A stretch of DNA of 24,456 bases from an uncultured Candidatus Saccharibacteria bacterium (GCA_964601555.1 CAZRNX010000001.1:1-24456), one strand, 5' to 3'; positions 7,955 through 16,599 are shown, counted from the first letter of the stretch. A program made the numbers and translations. Notes: generated from the letters alone by a model not told the origin.

Positions 7955-8920
7955 TTATCTCCTTTTCCCATGAAACTGCCTGTGAATTTCACGCAGGCCC
8001 TTGTCTGTCACATGAGTATATATTTGAGTGGTAGAAATATTGGAATGTCCGAGCATTGCCTGAACGCTTCGCAAGTCCGCTCCGTTCTCGAGGAGGTCGG
8101 TTGCGAATGAGTGGCGAAGGGTATGTGGGGTAATTTTCTGAGATATTCCAGCTTTTTTTGCATAGAAATTCACGAGCCGTTCTATACTACGTGAAGTGAG
8201 CCGAAGTGATTTGTTTTTCAACTCCCTCGCGCCCGCGCCTTTGTGGTGGGAAATAAATAATGCATCGTCTATGTCTCCCCGTTTTTTCAGATAAGCCCGA
8301 AGAGCATCTTTTGACTTGGGAGAAAGAAATACCACGCGCACTTTCTCACCCTTCCCCCGCACCGAGAGTTCGTCGCGAGAGAGATCAATGTCCCGAGAGA
8401 GCGAGCAGAGTTCGGAGACACGCAGACCGGTAGAGAAAAGAAGCTCTAAGATAGCGCTGTCCCGAAGAGATTTTATCTCATCGCCGCCCGCACCTTCTTT
8501 AGGCATCTTGAGAAGCCGCGTGAGTTCTTCATGCGTCATCACGTCAATGTGTCTTTCAGGGACTTTTGCCAACTCGATTGCTTCCGGCGAAACACTCTTT
8601 ACTCCGCGCTTCGCGAGAAACTTAAGAAAAGCGCGAAGAGCAATGAGATAATAATTCTGCGTGCGTTTTTTCATCTCTCTTTCTTCTCTTTTATCTTTCC
8701 CGCCTCCGCTCGCCATCACTTTCTGCCGGTTAAGCCAAATGCGATATTTTCGCAGAAGCTCCTCACTCAAATCTCCCGGCTTTTCCACCCCAGAATCTTT
8801 TTTTACAAATTCCAAAAATCGCGAGAGATACCTATCGTAATTCGCAACCGTAAGAACGCTCCGTCCGCGCTCTATTTCGATATACTCCAGAAATTGCTGT
8901 TTCAGTTTCGCAAGCGCCAT
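7955..8920 (-). CDS. XerC/XerD-family tyrosine recombinase
   Basis: N-terminal FLEYIEIERGRS..TVANY; catalytic set LFSTGLRVSEL, GKGEKVR, HTLRHSFAT, LGHSNISTTQIY. XerC versus XerD cannot be resolved by eye. Confidence 0.93.
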   Translation of the reverse strand: MALAKLKQQFLEYIEIERGRSVLTVANYDRYLSRFLEFVKKDSGVEKPGDLSEELLRKYRIWLNRQKVMASGGGKDKREEREMKKRTQNYYLIALRAFLKFLAKRGVKSVSPEAIELAKVPERHIDVMTHEELTRLLKMPKEGAGGDEIKSLRDSAILELLFSTGLRVSELCSLSRDIDLSRDELSVRGKGEKVRVVFLSPKSKDALRAYLKKRGDIDDALFISHHKGAGARELKNKSLRLTSRSIERLVNFYAKKAGISQKITPHTLRHSFATDLLENGADLRSVQAMLGHSNISTTQIYTHVTDKGLREIHRQFHGKRR

Positions 8921-9002
8921 GGGGATAGTATAGCACCTACCAGAACGTTATACTCAGGCAGGAGTTGCAAAAAAAGCTGTAATATGCTATAGATAATACA
9001 TT

Positions 9003-9269
9003 ATGCTTACCAAGAAAAAGAAGGAGAGTGTCATTAAAAGGACGCAAATTCATGAGAAAGACACCGGCTCTCCGGAGGTCCAGGTCGCCGTGCTTACGAA
9101 GCGCATTGAGGCGCTTACGGAGCACCTTAAAGAGAATATGAAAGACAACCATTCTAGGAGGAGACTTCTTGCGATGGTTGCCGACCGCCGAGCGCATTTG
9201 AAGTATTTGAAGAAAAAGAACACGAAGCGCTACGAGTCTCTTACGAAAAAGTTGGGTATTAAAGCATAG
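9003..9269 (+). CDS. rpsO: 30S ribosomal protein S15
   Basis: HEKDTGSPEVQVAVLT, HLKENMKDNHSRRRLLAMV, LKYL; 88 aa. Confidence 0.97.
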   Translation: MLTKKKKESVIKRTQIHEKDTGSPEVQVAVLTKRIEALTEHLKENMKDNHSRRRLLAMVADRRAHLKYLKKKNTKRYESLTKKLGIKA

Positions 9270-9312
9270 TTTTTTACATTACAGTATTTAATCATTTTTA
9301 TATTTTTATTTT

Positions 9313-9843
9313 ATGGCTGTTATTAAACATCCGAGCCAGCGCGTTGGCGTTTTCATAGACACGCAAAATCTCTATCATAGCGCGAAGAATCTCTATCAGT
9401 CGAAAGTGAATTTCGGAGCTGTACTCAAAGAAGCGGTCGGCGCGCGTCAACTCGTGAGGGCGATCGCCTATGTCATCACGACGGAATCAGGCGAGGAGAA
9501 AAATTTCTTCGACGCACTTACGAAATTCGGGATAGAAACGAAGACCAAAGATCTTCAGATATTTTACGGAGGAGCAAAGAAGGCCGACTGGGATGTGGGG
9601 CTCGCTGTTGATGCGATATCGCTCTCGCCGAAACTTGATGTCGTTATTATTGTTTCTGGAGACGGCGACTTCGTGCCGCTTGTGGAGTTCCTTCGACTCA
9701 ACAGGGGCATTCGAGTAGAGGTTGCGTCCTTCGGCAAGTCCACTTCCGGCAAACTTCGCGAAGTCGTCGACGATTTCCTCGACCTCTGCGAATCGCCGCA
9801 GAAATATCTACTTCGTTCTAACGTTCGCGCGAGAGGGAGGTAA
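9313..9843 (+). CDS. NYN-domain (LabA/DUF88, PIN-like) putative RNase
   Basis: VGVFIDTQNL, KKADWDVGLAVD, IVSGDGDFVPLV, VEVASF, SGKLREVVDDF. Confidence 0.9.
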   Translation: MAVIKHPSQRVGVFIDTQNLYHSAKNLYQSKVNFGAVLKEAVGARQLVRAIAYVITTESGEEKNFFDALTKFGIETKTKDLQIFYGGAKKADWDVGLAVDAISLSPKLDVVIIVSGDGDFVPLVEFLRLNRGIRVEVASFGKSTSGKLREVVDDFLDLCESPQKYLLRSNVRARGR

Positions 9844-9864
9844 AATTAAAAAACAGGCAAAATG

Positions 9865-9890
9865 AAAGAGCGGATTGCTCCGCCCTTTTT
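9865..9890 (+). terminator. Probable terminator after the NYN gene
   Basis: AAAG-A-GCGGA ttgc TCCGC-C-CTTT followed by Ts. Confidence 0.55.
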
Positions 9891-9899
9891 GCAACATAA

Positions 9900-10079
9900 G
9901 GGCTCTTCCGAAAATAACTCCCCCATCTCGCCTCCAAATTTTCCCAATCTCCGACTTTTCTTCCGTCAAAAATCTTTCACTGCAGCTGCTGCTGCACCTC
10001 AAGATTTTTTCAGTCAGAAAAAATCGAATCTTAGAAAAATTTGAAACCGAATCTGGAGAAGTTATTTTCGGAAGAGCCC
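9900..10079. mobile_element. MITE-like 180-bp non-autonomous element
   Basis: Perfect 20-bp terminal inverted repeats GGGCTCTTCCGAAAATAACT (9900-9919) and its reverse complement (10060-10079); TAA on both flanks (9897-9899, 10080-10082); no ORF with a recognisable product inside. Confidence 0.7.
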
Positions 10080-10089
10080 TAAGTCGTTG

Positions 10090-10308
10090 CTAGAATCCGT
10101 GCATATAAGCATTGCCGCACTCGGCACACATATGCAGGCCATTTTCTGGGTCAACGGCGGGACAACTGTTGCACTCTGTGCAAACTTGCGCAGCCGTCTT
10201 TTCAATGATGACATTCCCACCACAATCAGGACACCAACCATCGTTGCTTGGGTCTTGGGTCGTAAATCGATGCCCACAATCTGAACACCATACCCACACA
10301 GTATCCAT
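10090..10308 (-). CDS. Small double zinc-ribbon-like protein (72 aa)
   Basis: Four CxxC motifs (CSDC, CPDC, CTEC, CAEC) plus an extra Cys. GGAGG SD before the ATG at 10308 and a near-consensus promoter upstream. Confidence 0.72.
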   Translation of the reverse strand: MDTVWVWCSDCGHRFTTQDPSNDGWCPDCGGNVIIEKTAAQVCTECNSCPAVDPENGLHMCAECGNAYMHGF

Positions 10309-10342
10309 AGCAGCCTCCAATTATTTATACAAGCACTCTTCT

Positions 10343-10371
10343 ATCTTATCATATACATAATAAAGTGTCAA
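10343..10371 (-). promoter_or_regulatory. Sigma70-type promoter of the zinc-ribbon gene
   Basis: TTGACA-N17-TAAGAT on the minus strand. Confidence 0.7.
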
Positions 10372-10509
10372 ATACTTTCTGTGGGTGATTTTTGGTATAG
10401 TATTTTTATTACCACTAATCGCTGGTTTTCGGATAGGTAGGATTGAAATCGCGCCAAGGGTTTCGGGCGAAGTTTCAATGCTAAAATCTGCGAACCAGCT
10501 CACGACTTT

Positions 10510-12615
10510 ATGAAGATAAAAGAATATTCTCTGGAGATCGGGGGGAAGCATCTTATCGTGCAGTTTAGCGATCTCGCGGATCAGGCGAATGGGTCGGCTA
10601 TAGTGCGCTACGGCGAGACGACGGTCTTGGCGACCGCGGTTATGGGCGGGAAGCGCGAACAGGATTGGTTCCCGCTTACAGTAGACTACGAAGAGCGGTT
10701 CTACGCATCGGGGCAAATCCTGGGCTCCCGCTTCATGCGCCGGGAGGGAAGGCCGTCGGACGAGGCGATACTTACCGGCCGCGTAGTGGACCGAACCATC
10801 CGGCCACTTTTTGACCACTCTCTTCGACACGATGTTCAAGTAGTGCTTACCGTGCTATCACTTAATCAAGACGATCCGGATATCTTGGCCGTCAATGCGG
10901 CCTCGCTCGCGCTCGCAATTTCGGATATTCCTTGGAGTGGGCCCGTGTCTGCCGTGCGCATTGGGAAGAAAAAGGGTGTTGAGGACTTCATCGTGAACCC
11001 CACATATGCTATTCGCGACGAGGCAGATTTCGAAATGGACCTCACGGCATGCGGCAAGGACGGCAAGATCAACATGATAGAACTTGGCGGGAAAGAAGTG
11101 AGGGAAGAGACGATTGAGAAAGCGATGCAGGAAGCTAAGAAAGAAGTCGAGCGCATTCAAGAATTCCAGAAGAAAATAATCGCAGAGATGGGGAGGGCGA
11201 AGCGTGCGATCGAGAAAGCGACCGTCCCCGAGGAAATGAGGGCGCTTTTCAAAGAAAACATCGAAGGGAAGCTCGACGAAACGCTTTTCTCCGGAACAGG
11301 TTCGAAGCGCGTGCATGATTTGGAAGACGAGTGGATTGCACTCGTGAAGTGCAAACTTCTCGACGCAAATATTTCTCTTGCGAAAGAAATTTTCGACGAC
11401 GCGGTGAATGAACTTCTGCACAACGAAGCCATTGAGAAAGAGCGACGGCCGGACGGAAGAAAGATGGATGAACTTCGCAACCTTTTCGCGCAAGCGGGAG
11501 GCATTTCCCCCGTGATTCATGGTTCGGGAGTATTCTATCGCGGCGGCACCCACGTTCTCTCGGCGCTGACTCTCGGCGGTCCGGGGGAGGCGCAATTGAT
11601 TGACGGTATGGAAATTAAAACCAAGAAACGCTACATGCATCATTACAATTTTCCGCCATTCTCGTCGGGTGAGACCGGACGGCTTGGAGGAATTAACAGA
11701 AGGGCTGTGGGCCACGGCGCGCTCGCGGAGAAAGCGCTCCTTCCTGTCATTCCGGACAAGGACACATTCCCCTACACGATTCGCATTGTGTCGGAGTCGA
11801 TGGCTTCCAACGGCTCTACCTCAATGGCCTCCGTTTGCGGCTCTACTATTGCGCTCCTTGATGCGGGTGTGCCGATAGCTCGACCGGTTGCGGGCATTGC
11901 GATGGGCTTAATGATGCGGGATGAGAAGACATACAAAGTGCTCGTGGATTTGCAGGGGCCGGAAGATCACCACGGCGACATGGATCTTAAGGTCGCGGGG
12001 ACTGCCGAGGGCGTGACGGCGATTCAGATGGATGTGAAAGTGGAAGGAGTGACTTTGCAAATACTCACGGAAGCGTTTGAGAAAGCGAAACAAGCCAGAC
12101 TTCAAATTCTTAAAATTATTCAAGACGCCATTCCGACGCACAGGGCCGATATTTCGCCCTATGCTCCAAAAATAGAGACGGTGAAAATTAAAGTAGACCA
12201 AATAGGCATGGTCATCGGACCGGGCGGAAAGATGGTTAATAAGATTCGCGAAGAAACGGGCGCGGAGATTGATATTGAAGACGATGGCACGGTATTCATC
12301 ACAGGCAAGAACGGCGCGGCGGAAGCGGCGAAGAAAATCATTGAAGCCATGACGCATGAATACAAGGCGGGGGAGCGCTATACGGGTATCGTCACTCGGC
12401 TCATGGAGTTCGGCGCATTTGTGAAGATAGGTCCGAACCAAGAGGGACTTGTACATATTTCTGAAATGGCGCCATTTCGTGTCAACAAAGTAACCGATGT
12501 CGTGAAAGAAGGCGACAACGTTCCCGTCATTGTGAAAGAAATTGACGACAAAGGCCGCATCAACCTCTCTATCAAGATGGCGGATCCAACGTTCGCTGAC
12601 AAGAAAAAGAGATAA
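10510..12615 (+). CDS. pnp: Polyribonucleotide nucleotidyltransferase (PNPase)
   Basis: FPLTVDYEERFYASG, RVVDRTIRPLF, HYNFPPFSSGE, SNGSTSMASVC, DLKVAGT, KH domain VIGPGGK, S1 domain EGLVHISEM. Confidence 0.97.
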   Translation: MKIKEYSLEIGGKHLIVQFSDLADQANGSAIVRYGETTVLATAVMGGKREQDWFPLTVDYEERFYASGQILGSRFMRREGRPSDEAILTGRVVDRTIRPLFDHSLRHDVQVVLTVLSLNQDDPDILAVNAASLALAISDIPWSGPVSAVRIGKKKGVEDFIVNPTYAIRDEADFEMDLTACGKDGKINMIELGGKEVREETIEKAMQEAKKEVERIQEFQKKIIAEMGRAKRAIEKATVPEEMRALFKENIEGKLDETLFSGTGSKRVHDLEDEWIALVKCKLLDANISLAKEIFDDAVNELLHNEAIEKERRPDGRKMDELRNLFAQAGGISPVIHGSGVFYRGGTHVLSALTLGGPGEAQLIDGMEIKTKKRYMHHYNFPPFSSGETGRLGGINRRAVGHGALAEKALLPVIPDKDTFPYTIRIVSESMASNGSTSMASVCGSTIALLDAGVPIARPVAGIAMGLMMRDEKTYKVLVDLQGPEDHHGDMDLKVAGTAEGVTAIQMDVKVEGVTLQILTEAFEKAKQARLQILKIIQDAIPTHRADISPYAPKIETVKIKVDQIGMVIGPGGKMVNKIREETGAEIDIEDDGTVFITGKNGAAEAAKKIIEAMTHEYKAGERYTGIVTRLMEFGAFVKIGPNQEGLVHISEMAPFRVNKVTDVVKEGDNVPVIVKEIDDKGRINLSIKMADPTFADKKKR

Positions 12616-12659
12616 AAAAGAACGCCAGTGGCATGAACCGCGGGGCTTTGAGCCAGTCC

Positions 12660-12898
12660 TTATTTGTGAAGTTCAGTAGCTGAAAAGTAAAAACAGTCTA
12701 TCACCAGTTGAAAGTCTTTGACTGTTTGGTCATTTCTCAAGACGGTAAGAAAAACTAGAAGTTCGCCAGGCTATAATCCATATTTGTTAGCAAACCACAT
12801 AGTTGTTCAGTTGGCCCGACCTGACCCAAGGCACTACCGTCACAAAACATTATCTTCCGCCACTCCTTTTCCACATACTTTTTCTCTTCAACTTTCAT
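12660..12898 (-). pseudogene. Possible degraded small gene
   Basis: A 47-aa ORF (12755-12898, MKVEEKKYVEKEW...) with a weak SD, and a second protein-like frame (MWFANKYGL*PGELLVFLTVLRNDQTVKDFQLVIDCFYFSATELHK*) ending at 12660 and broken by one TAG. No homologue recognised. Confidence 0.2.
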
Positions 12899-13004
12899 TT
12901 GAGGCCCCTGAAACACAACGATACGCCAGCTCTTTGTATACCATAACAAAAAAATCGTTTACAAACTTTTGTGTTCGTCTGTGTAAATTGATATAGTAGA
13001 GAAA

Positions 13005-13949
13005 ATGACAACACCTGTTCCACACAAGCCGGAAGAAAGTAGCGAGCCGGAGAAAGAGGGCGTGGCAAGCAACATTCGCGCCGATCTGCCATCGCTCCGG
13101 ACCTACAAAGCCGACGTTGCGCATGCAATGCAGGATGAGAAAACTTCTCTTGTCAAGATTGTCTTGGAAGAACAGCGCGAACGCCTCAAGCGACGGGAGG
13201 CAGACTCTCCAAAGGCCACAAAGAACCTTCTTCTTATCATACTCTCCGTTTTTTTTGTTATAGGAAGCACGGGTGTGGTGTACTACGTCTTTATCCGAAA
13301 AAGTCTGACCGAAGACGAGATGACCCTCAACGCCTTAAATATTCGACCGATGATTTTCGTAGAGAAAAATCGGGAAATTATTGTTGACACAAGTTTCGAG
13401 CAAGACGCGAGGCAGAAAGTTGCAAGCCATATCGAAAACGACAAGCTCATGCTCGACACTATCGAATACATTTTCTTTACCGAAGAGGTGAGCGTGGAGA
13501 CAAAAGAGGGGATAGTGAAACAGAAGAACATCATCGCGTCAGATAAATTTTTCAGTTTCATCAATCTGCGGATGCCCCCGATTCTTCACCGCGCGCTCGC
13601 GGAGGACTATATGTTTGGAATCCACTATTTCAACGACAACTCGCCGTTTTTTGTACTGACGACGGACTACTACGACAATGTTTTTGCCGGAATGCTGGAA
13701 TGGGAGAAGAGGCTCTCTGAAGAAATGCTTACGCTGTGGGGCCGTCCGGAGAAAGGGAAGGAGCTGAAAAGCCGCCGATTTGAGGATTTGGTTATAAAGA
13801 ACAACGATACGCGGGCCCTGCGCGGCTTTGATGGAAAGATTGCACTCATATATGCATTCAAGGACGAAAAAACGCTCATCATAACAACGAATGAAGATAC
13901 GCTTCTCGAAGTCTCTCGTCGTCTCGATCTTTCGCGGGGGAGGAAGTAG
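13005..13949 (+). CDS. Hypothetical single-pass membrane protein
   Basis: 314-aa ORF with one hydrophobic helix (LLLIILSVFFVIGSTGVVYYVFI); TTGTGT-N17-TATAGT motif 7 nt before the ATG. Confidence 0.85.
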   Translation: MTTPVPHKPEESSEPEKEGVASNIRADLPSLRTYKADVAHAMQDEKTSLVKIVLEEQRERLKRREADSPKATKNLLLIILSVFFVIGSTGVVYYVFIRKSLTEDEMTLNALNIRPMIFVEKNREIIVDTSFEQDARQKVASHIENDKLMLDTIEYIFFTEEVSVETKEGIVKQKNIIASDKFFSFINLRMPPILHRALAEDYMFGIHYFNDNSPFFVLTTDYYDNVFAGMLEWEKRLSEEMLTLWGRPEKGKELKSRRFEDLVIKNNDTRALRGFDGKIALIYAFKDEKTLIITTNEDTLLEVSRRLDLSRGRK

Positions 13950-14175
13950 CGAATACTTTGCGCGTTTCATAAAAACGCGATGTAGGGTGTCTAACATTTT
14001 TCTGTCCTTCAGGTTTCAGTTGTCTATTAACAATATAGTATTATTGGAGACATTGTCAGTATTCTCTCGGTGGAGAGAAACAATCTTGTCGGTATTAAAA
14101 TCACCAACCAACATTTTGCAAGCAACTTTAGAAATCTATTTGAAATAACATGGAAGAAATCTTGAAGCAGAAGCT

Positions 14176-14487
14176 TTATCCCTCCGGCGTTTTCTCTTGA
14201 AATTTTTTTACGTCTATGTCTTTTTGCGGTTGGTAATTCCCCCAACCGCACGTGCCACTCATGCACGCGGGGTATTGGCCCGGTTTCCCGCAGGTATCGA
14301 ATTCGCCGTGGACTACCGAGCACTTACAGTCGTTGTCGGCCCCGCACGACTGCCCAATAGTGTAGTACCCTTCCGGCACGGGCCACGGCTTGGAGTAGGC
14401 GCTCGCAAGATATATTGAGGAAACAAAAGCACTCGTCGCAAGCAATGCAAAGAGAATCTCTTTCAGGTCGTAGAATTTATTTTCCAT
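14176..14487 (-). CDS. Small exported or membrane-anchored cysteine-rich protein
   Basis: N-terminal hydrophobic segment followed by a six-Cys region (CGADNDCKC...C...C....C). Divergent from pgk. Confidence 0.7.
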   Translation of the reverse strand: MENKFYDLKEILFALLATSAFVSSIYLASAYSKPWPVPEGYYTIGQSCGADNDCKCSVVHGEFDTCGKPGQYPACMSGTCGWGNYQPQKDIDVKKFQEKTPEG

Positions 14488-14528
14488 AGCTATAGATTTT
14501 ATTGTAATATACGCTTATATTTAACACC

Positions 14529-15731
14529 ATGGACATGCCCCGCATTGATGACCAGAAGAACACGAACGAGCCAAGCCCATTGCGGGGCAAGCGAGTGCTC
14601 GTGCGGCTGGATTTGAACGTGCCAACCAATCATGGAAAAGTGACGGATGACTTTCGAATCAAAAGGGCCCTTCCAACGCTTGAATATCTTCAAGAACAGA
14701 ACGCGAAAATGACTGCAATAAGCCACATTGGGCGATCCCCCGACGATTCGCTAAGGCCCGTTACGGCAAAATTGGAAGAATTACTCGGCACACAAGTTTT
14801 ATTCGCTCAAAATATTTCCGAAGCGAGAAGTTTGGATGTGGAAACGAGAAACGGCGGCGTAATATTGCTTGAGAACTTACGGCGGAATCCCGGAGAAGAG
14901 ACAAATAGTCCTGAATTTGCGGAAGAACTTGCTTCGCTTGGTGACATTTTTGTAAACGAAGCATTTTCGGCTTCCCATAGAGTGCACGCTTCCATTGTGG
15001 GTGTTCCCAGACTACTTCCGTCTTATGCGGGCATACAATTTGCGGCGGAAGTAGACCATCTTTCAAGAGCGCTTGCGCCTGACCACCCCTTTCTTTTTAT
15101 ATTGGGCGGCGCGAAATTTGAAACGAAGCTGCCCTTTCTTCAAAAGTTTACGGAACTTGCGGACACGGTGTTTGTCGGAGGCGCATTGGGGAATGATATC
15201 CTGCGCGCGCAAGGATTTGTTACAGGAACGTCTGTTGTGGAAAAATACCTCCCGGAATATCTTGCCGAATTTACCAAAAGCAAGAAACTTCTCCCGATAC
15301 AAGACGTTCTCTCTCGCGCACCGGGAGATGTTGTCACTGCAAGGCGCGTGGATGCCACCAAGAGTTACGAATCAATCGTGGACGCGGGACCGGATACTAT
15401 AGCTTCGCTCGCAAAACCGATTCAAGAAGCAAGATGTATTCTCATGAACGGCCCGCTTGGGTGGTATGAAAAAGGATTCAGCGGCGGGACGAGAGAAGTG
15501 CTTCAAATGATAGCGAAAAACAAAAGTGCGATATCCATAATTGGCGGAGGCGATACAGTCGCGCTTATAAATCTAATGGGGGCGGAAAAAGAATTCACCT
15601 TCGTCTCTACCGCTGGCGGCGCGATGCTCGACTTCCTTGTCGACGGCGAACTTCCGGGGATTACGGCGCTTACAGAGTCTCAATCGATATGGCTCCATAG
15701 TATGGCCGATTCTTGCGCCCACGGCCCATAA
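14529..15731 (+). CDS. pgk: Phosphoglycerate kinase
   Basis: VLVRLDLNVP, DDFRIKRALPT, SHIGR, LLENLR, FVNEAFSASHR.HAS, ILGGAK, NGPLG, GGGDT, VSTAGGA. Confidence 0.96.
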   Translation: MDMPRIDDQKNTNEPSPLRGKRVLVRLDLNVPTNHGKVTDDFRIKRALPTLEYLQEQNAKMTAISHIGRSPDDSLRPVTAKLEELLGTQVLFAQNISEARSLDVETRNGGVILLENLRRNPGEETNSPEFAEELASLGDIFVNEAFSASHRVHASIVGVPRLLPSYAGIQFAAEVDHLSRALAPDHPFLFILGGAKFETKLPFLQKFTELADTVFVGGALGNDILRAQGFVTGTSVVEKYLPEYLAEFTKSKKLLPIQDVLSRAPGDVVTARRVDATKSYESIVDAGPDTIASLAKPIQEARCILMNGPLGWYEKGFSGGTREVLQMIAKNKSAISIIGGGDTVALINLMGAEKEFTFVSTAGGAMLDFLVDGELPGITALTESQSIWLHSMADSCAHGP

Positions 15732-15784
15732 GGACCAATCCCTTATCCCTTAGTCTTCCACTCCTCAAGTCCTTAAGGGAGAAG

Positions 15785-15934
15785 TTAGGGACACCCGGGA
15801 TCATTCTTTGGTTTCGGTCCCATGCAAAGAAAACCATTCAAGAAAGCTCGTTTTAACTTTAATTCTTCCTCTTTTGATAAGGGGTTGTTTGACAGGTCTA
15901 ATATGATTAAACCTTGTAAATCTTGTATTTCCGG
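15785..15934 (-). pseudogene. Remnant of a leucine-rich-repeat protein (last repeat plus cap)
   Basis: Translation PEIQDLQGLIILDLSNNPLSKEEELKLKRAFLN fits LxxLxxLxLxxNxL. No start codon of its own in this stretch; AT-richer than the flanking genes. Confidence 0.55.
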
Positions 15935-15935
15935 T

Positions 15936-16295
15936 TTATAAGTGTTTCCTAATCTTATCCGCGTTCCCCGCAAAATCGTTTTTGTCGCCCCGGGCTTCGC
16001 GGGGATTGGGGAAGAGCCAAACATGCGCGTGGAAGACTTCGTCTCCCATCACCTTGCCCCAGACCGCTTCCGTACCGAAAGATTTTTGAATGGCGAGCGC
16101 AACTTTTTGCACTACAGCAAAATACTCTCCGATATTCGGGACATCCCATACCCAGCGGAAGTGTTTCTTCGGAATCACTTGTACGTGTCCGGGCGCTTGC
16201 GGATGAATATCCATTAGTGCTATAAAATTCTCATCTCCATACACTTTTTCCGACGGGATTTCTCCCGAGGCGAGTTTACAGAATATACAGTTCAT
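15936..16295 (-). CDS. HIT-family nucleotide hydrolase
   Basis: MNCIFCKL, DIHPQAPGHVQVIPKKH, triad region VFHAHVW. Start set to the ATG at 16295, 1 nt after the upstream stop. Confidence 0.88.
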   Translation of the reverse strand: MNCIFCKLASGEIPSEKVYGDENFIALMDIHPQAPGHVQVIPKKHFRWVWDVPNIGEYFAVVQKVALAIQKSFGTEAVWGKVMGDEVFHAHVWLFPNPREARGDKNDFAGNADKIRKHL

Positions 16296-16296
16296 T

Positions 16297-16599
16297 TTAT
16301 TTGACATGTTCAAGAAGCGTATTCTTCACGTGGTCTATTTGTTTATGCGAAATGCCATAGTCACTACGGTTCTCCGTGAGCGTATCTGCAATCATTTCGA
16401 TCTCATCTTTCGAGACGCCGCCTCTTGGACTGTAGAAAATGCTTTTATGTTCGCCATGATCGCGGTCAAACTGCTGGTCAAGAAGCCCTTTCACGATGGA
16501 ATACTCGCGATCATTGAGGCGGTTTTCGCCCGTCTTCAATTTCCCGGCTATATGGCCTTTCTCAAACTCTTTTTTTGAAAGTTGGTGTGAACCCTGCAT
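16297..16599 (-). CDS. Hypothetical protein (100 aa)
   Basis: Charged, soluble-looking ORF directly upstream of HIT and co-oriented with it; no motif recognised. Confidence 0.65.
   Translation of the reverse strand: MQGSHQLSKKEFEKGHIAGKLKTGENRLNDREYSIVKGLLDQQFDRDHGEHKSIFYSPRGGVSKDEIEMIADTLTENRSDYGISHKQIDHVKNTLLEHVK

Noticed and set aside
7955-8920. Tyrosine recombinase as a possible prophage or island integrase
   Set aside because: It looks like a chromosomal XerC/D, sits among housekeeping genes, and has no att repeats, tRNA target or phage genes nearby.
8921-9002. S15 autoregulatory leader RNA upstream of rpsO
   Set aside because: The predicted -10 box is only 9 nt from the ATG, leaving no room for such a structure.
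14003-14110. Short minus-strand ORF MLVGDFNTDK... containing a GDFN motif like that of EEP nucleases
   Set aside because: Only 32 aa, bounded by stops, with no other EEP motifs; most likely chance.
15700-15790. Short C-terminal extension of Pgk and weak inverted repeats around its stop
   Set aside because: The pairings are short and imperfect, with no similarity to the other elements.
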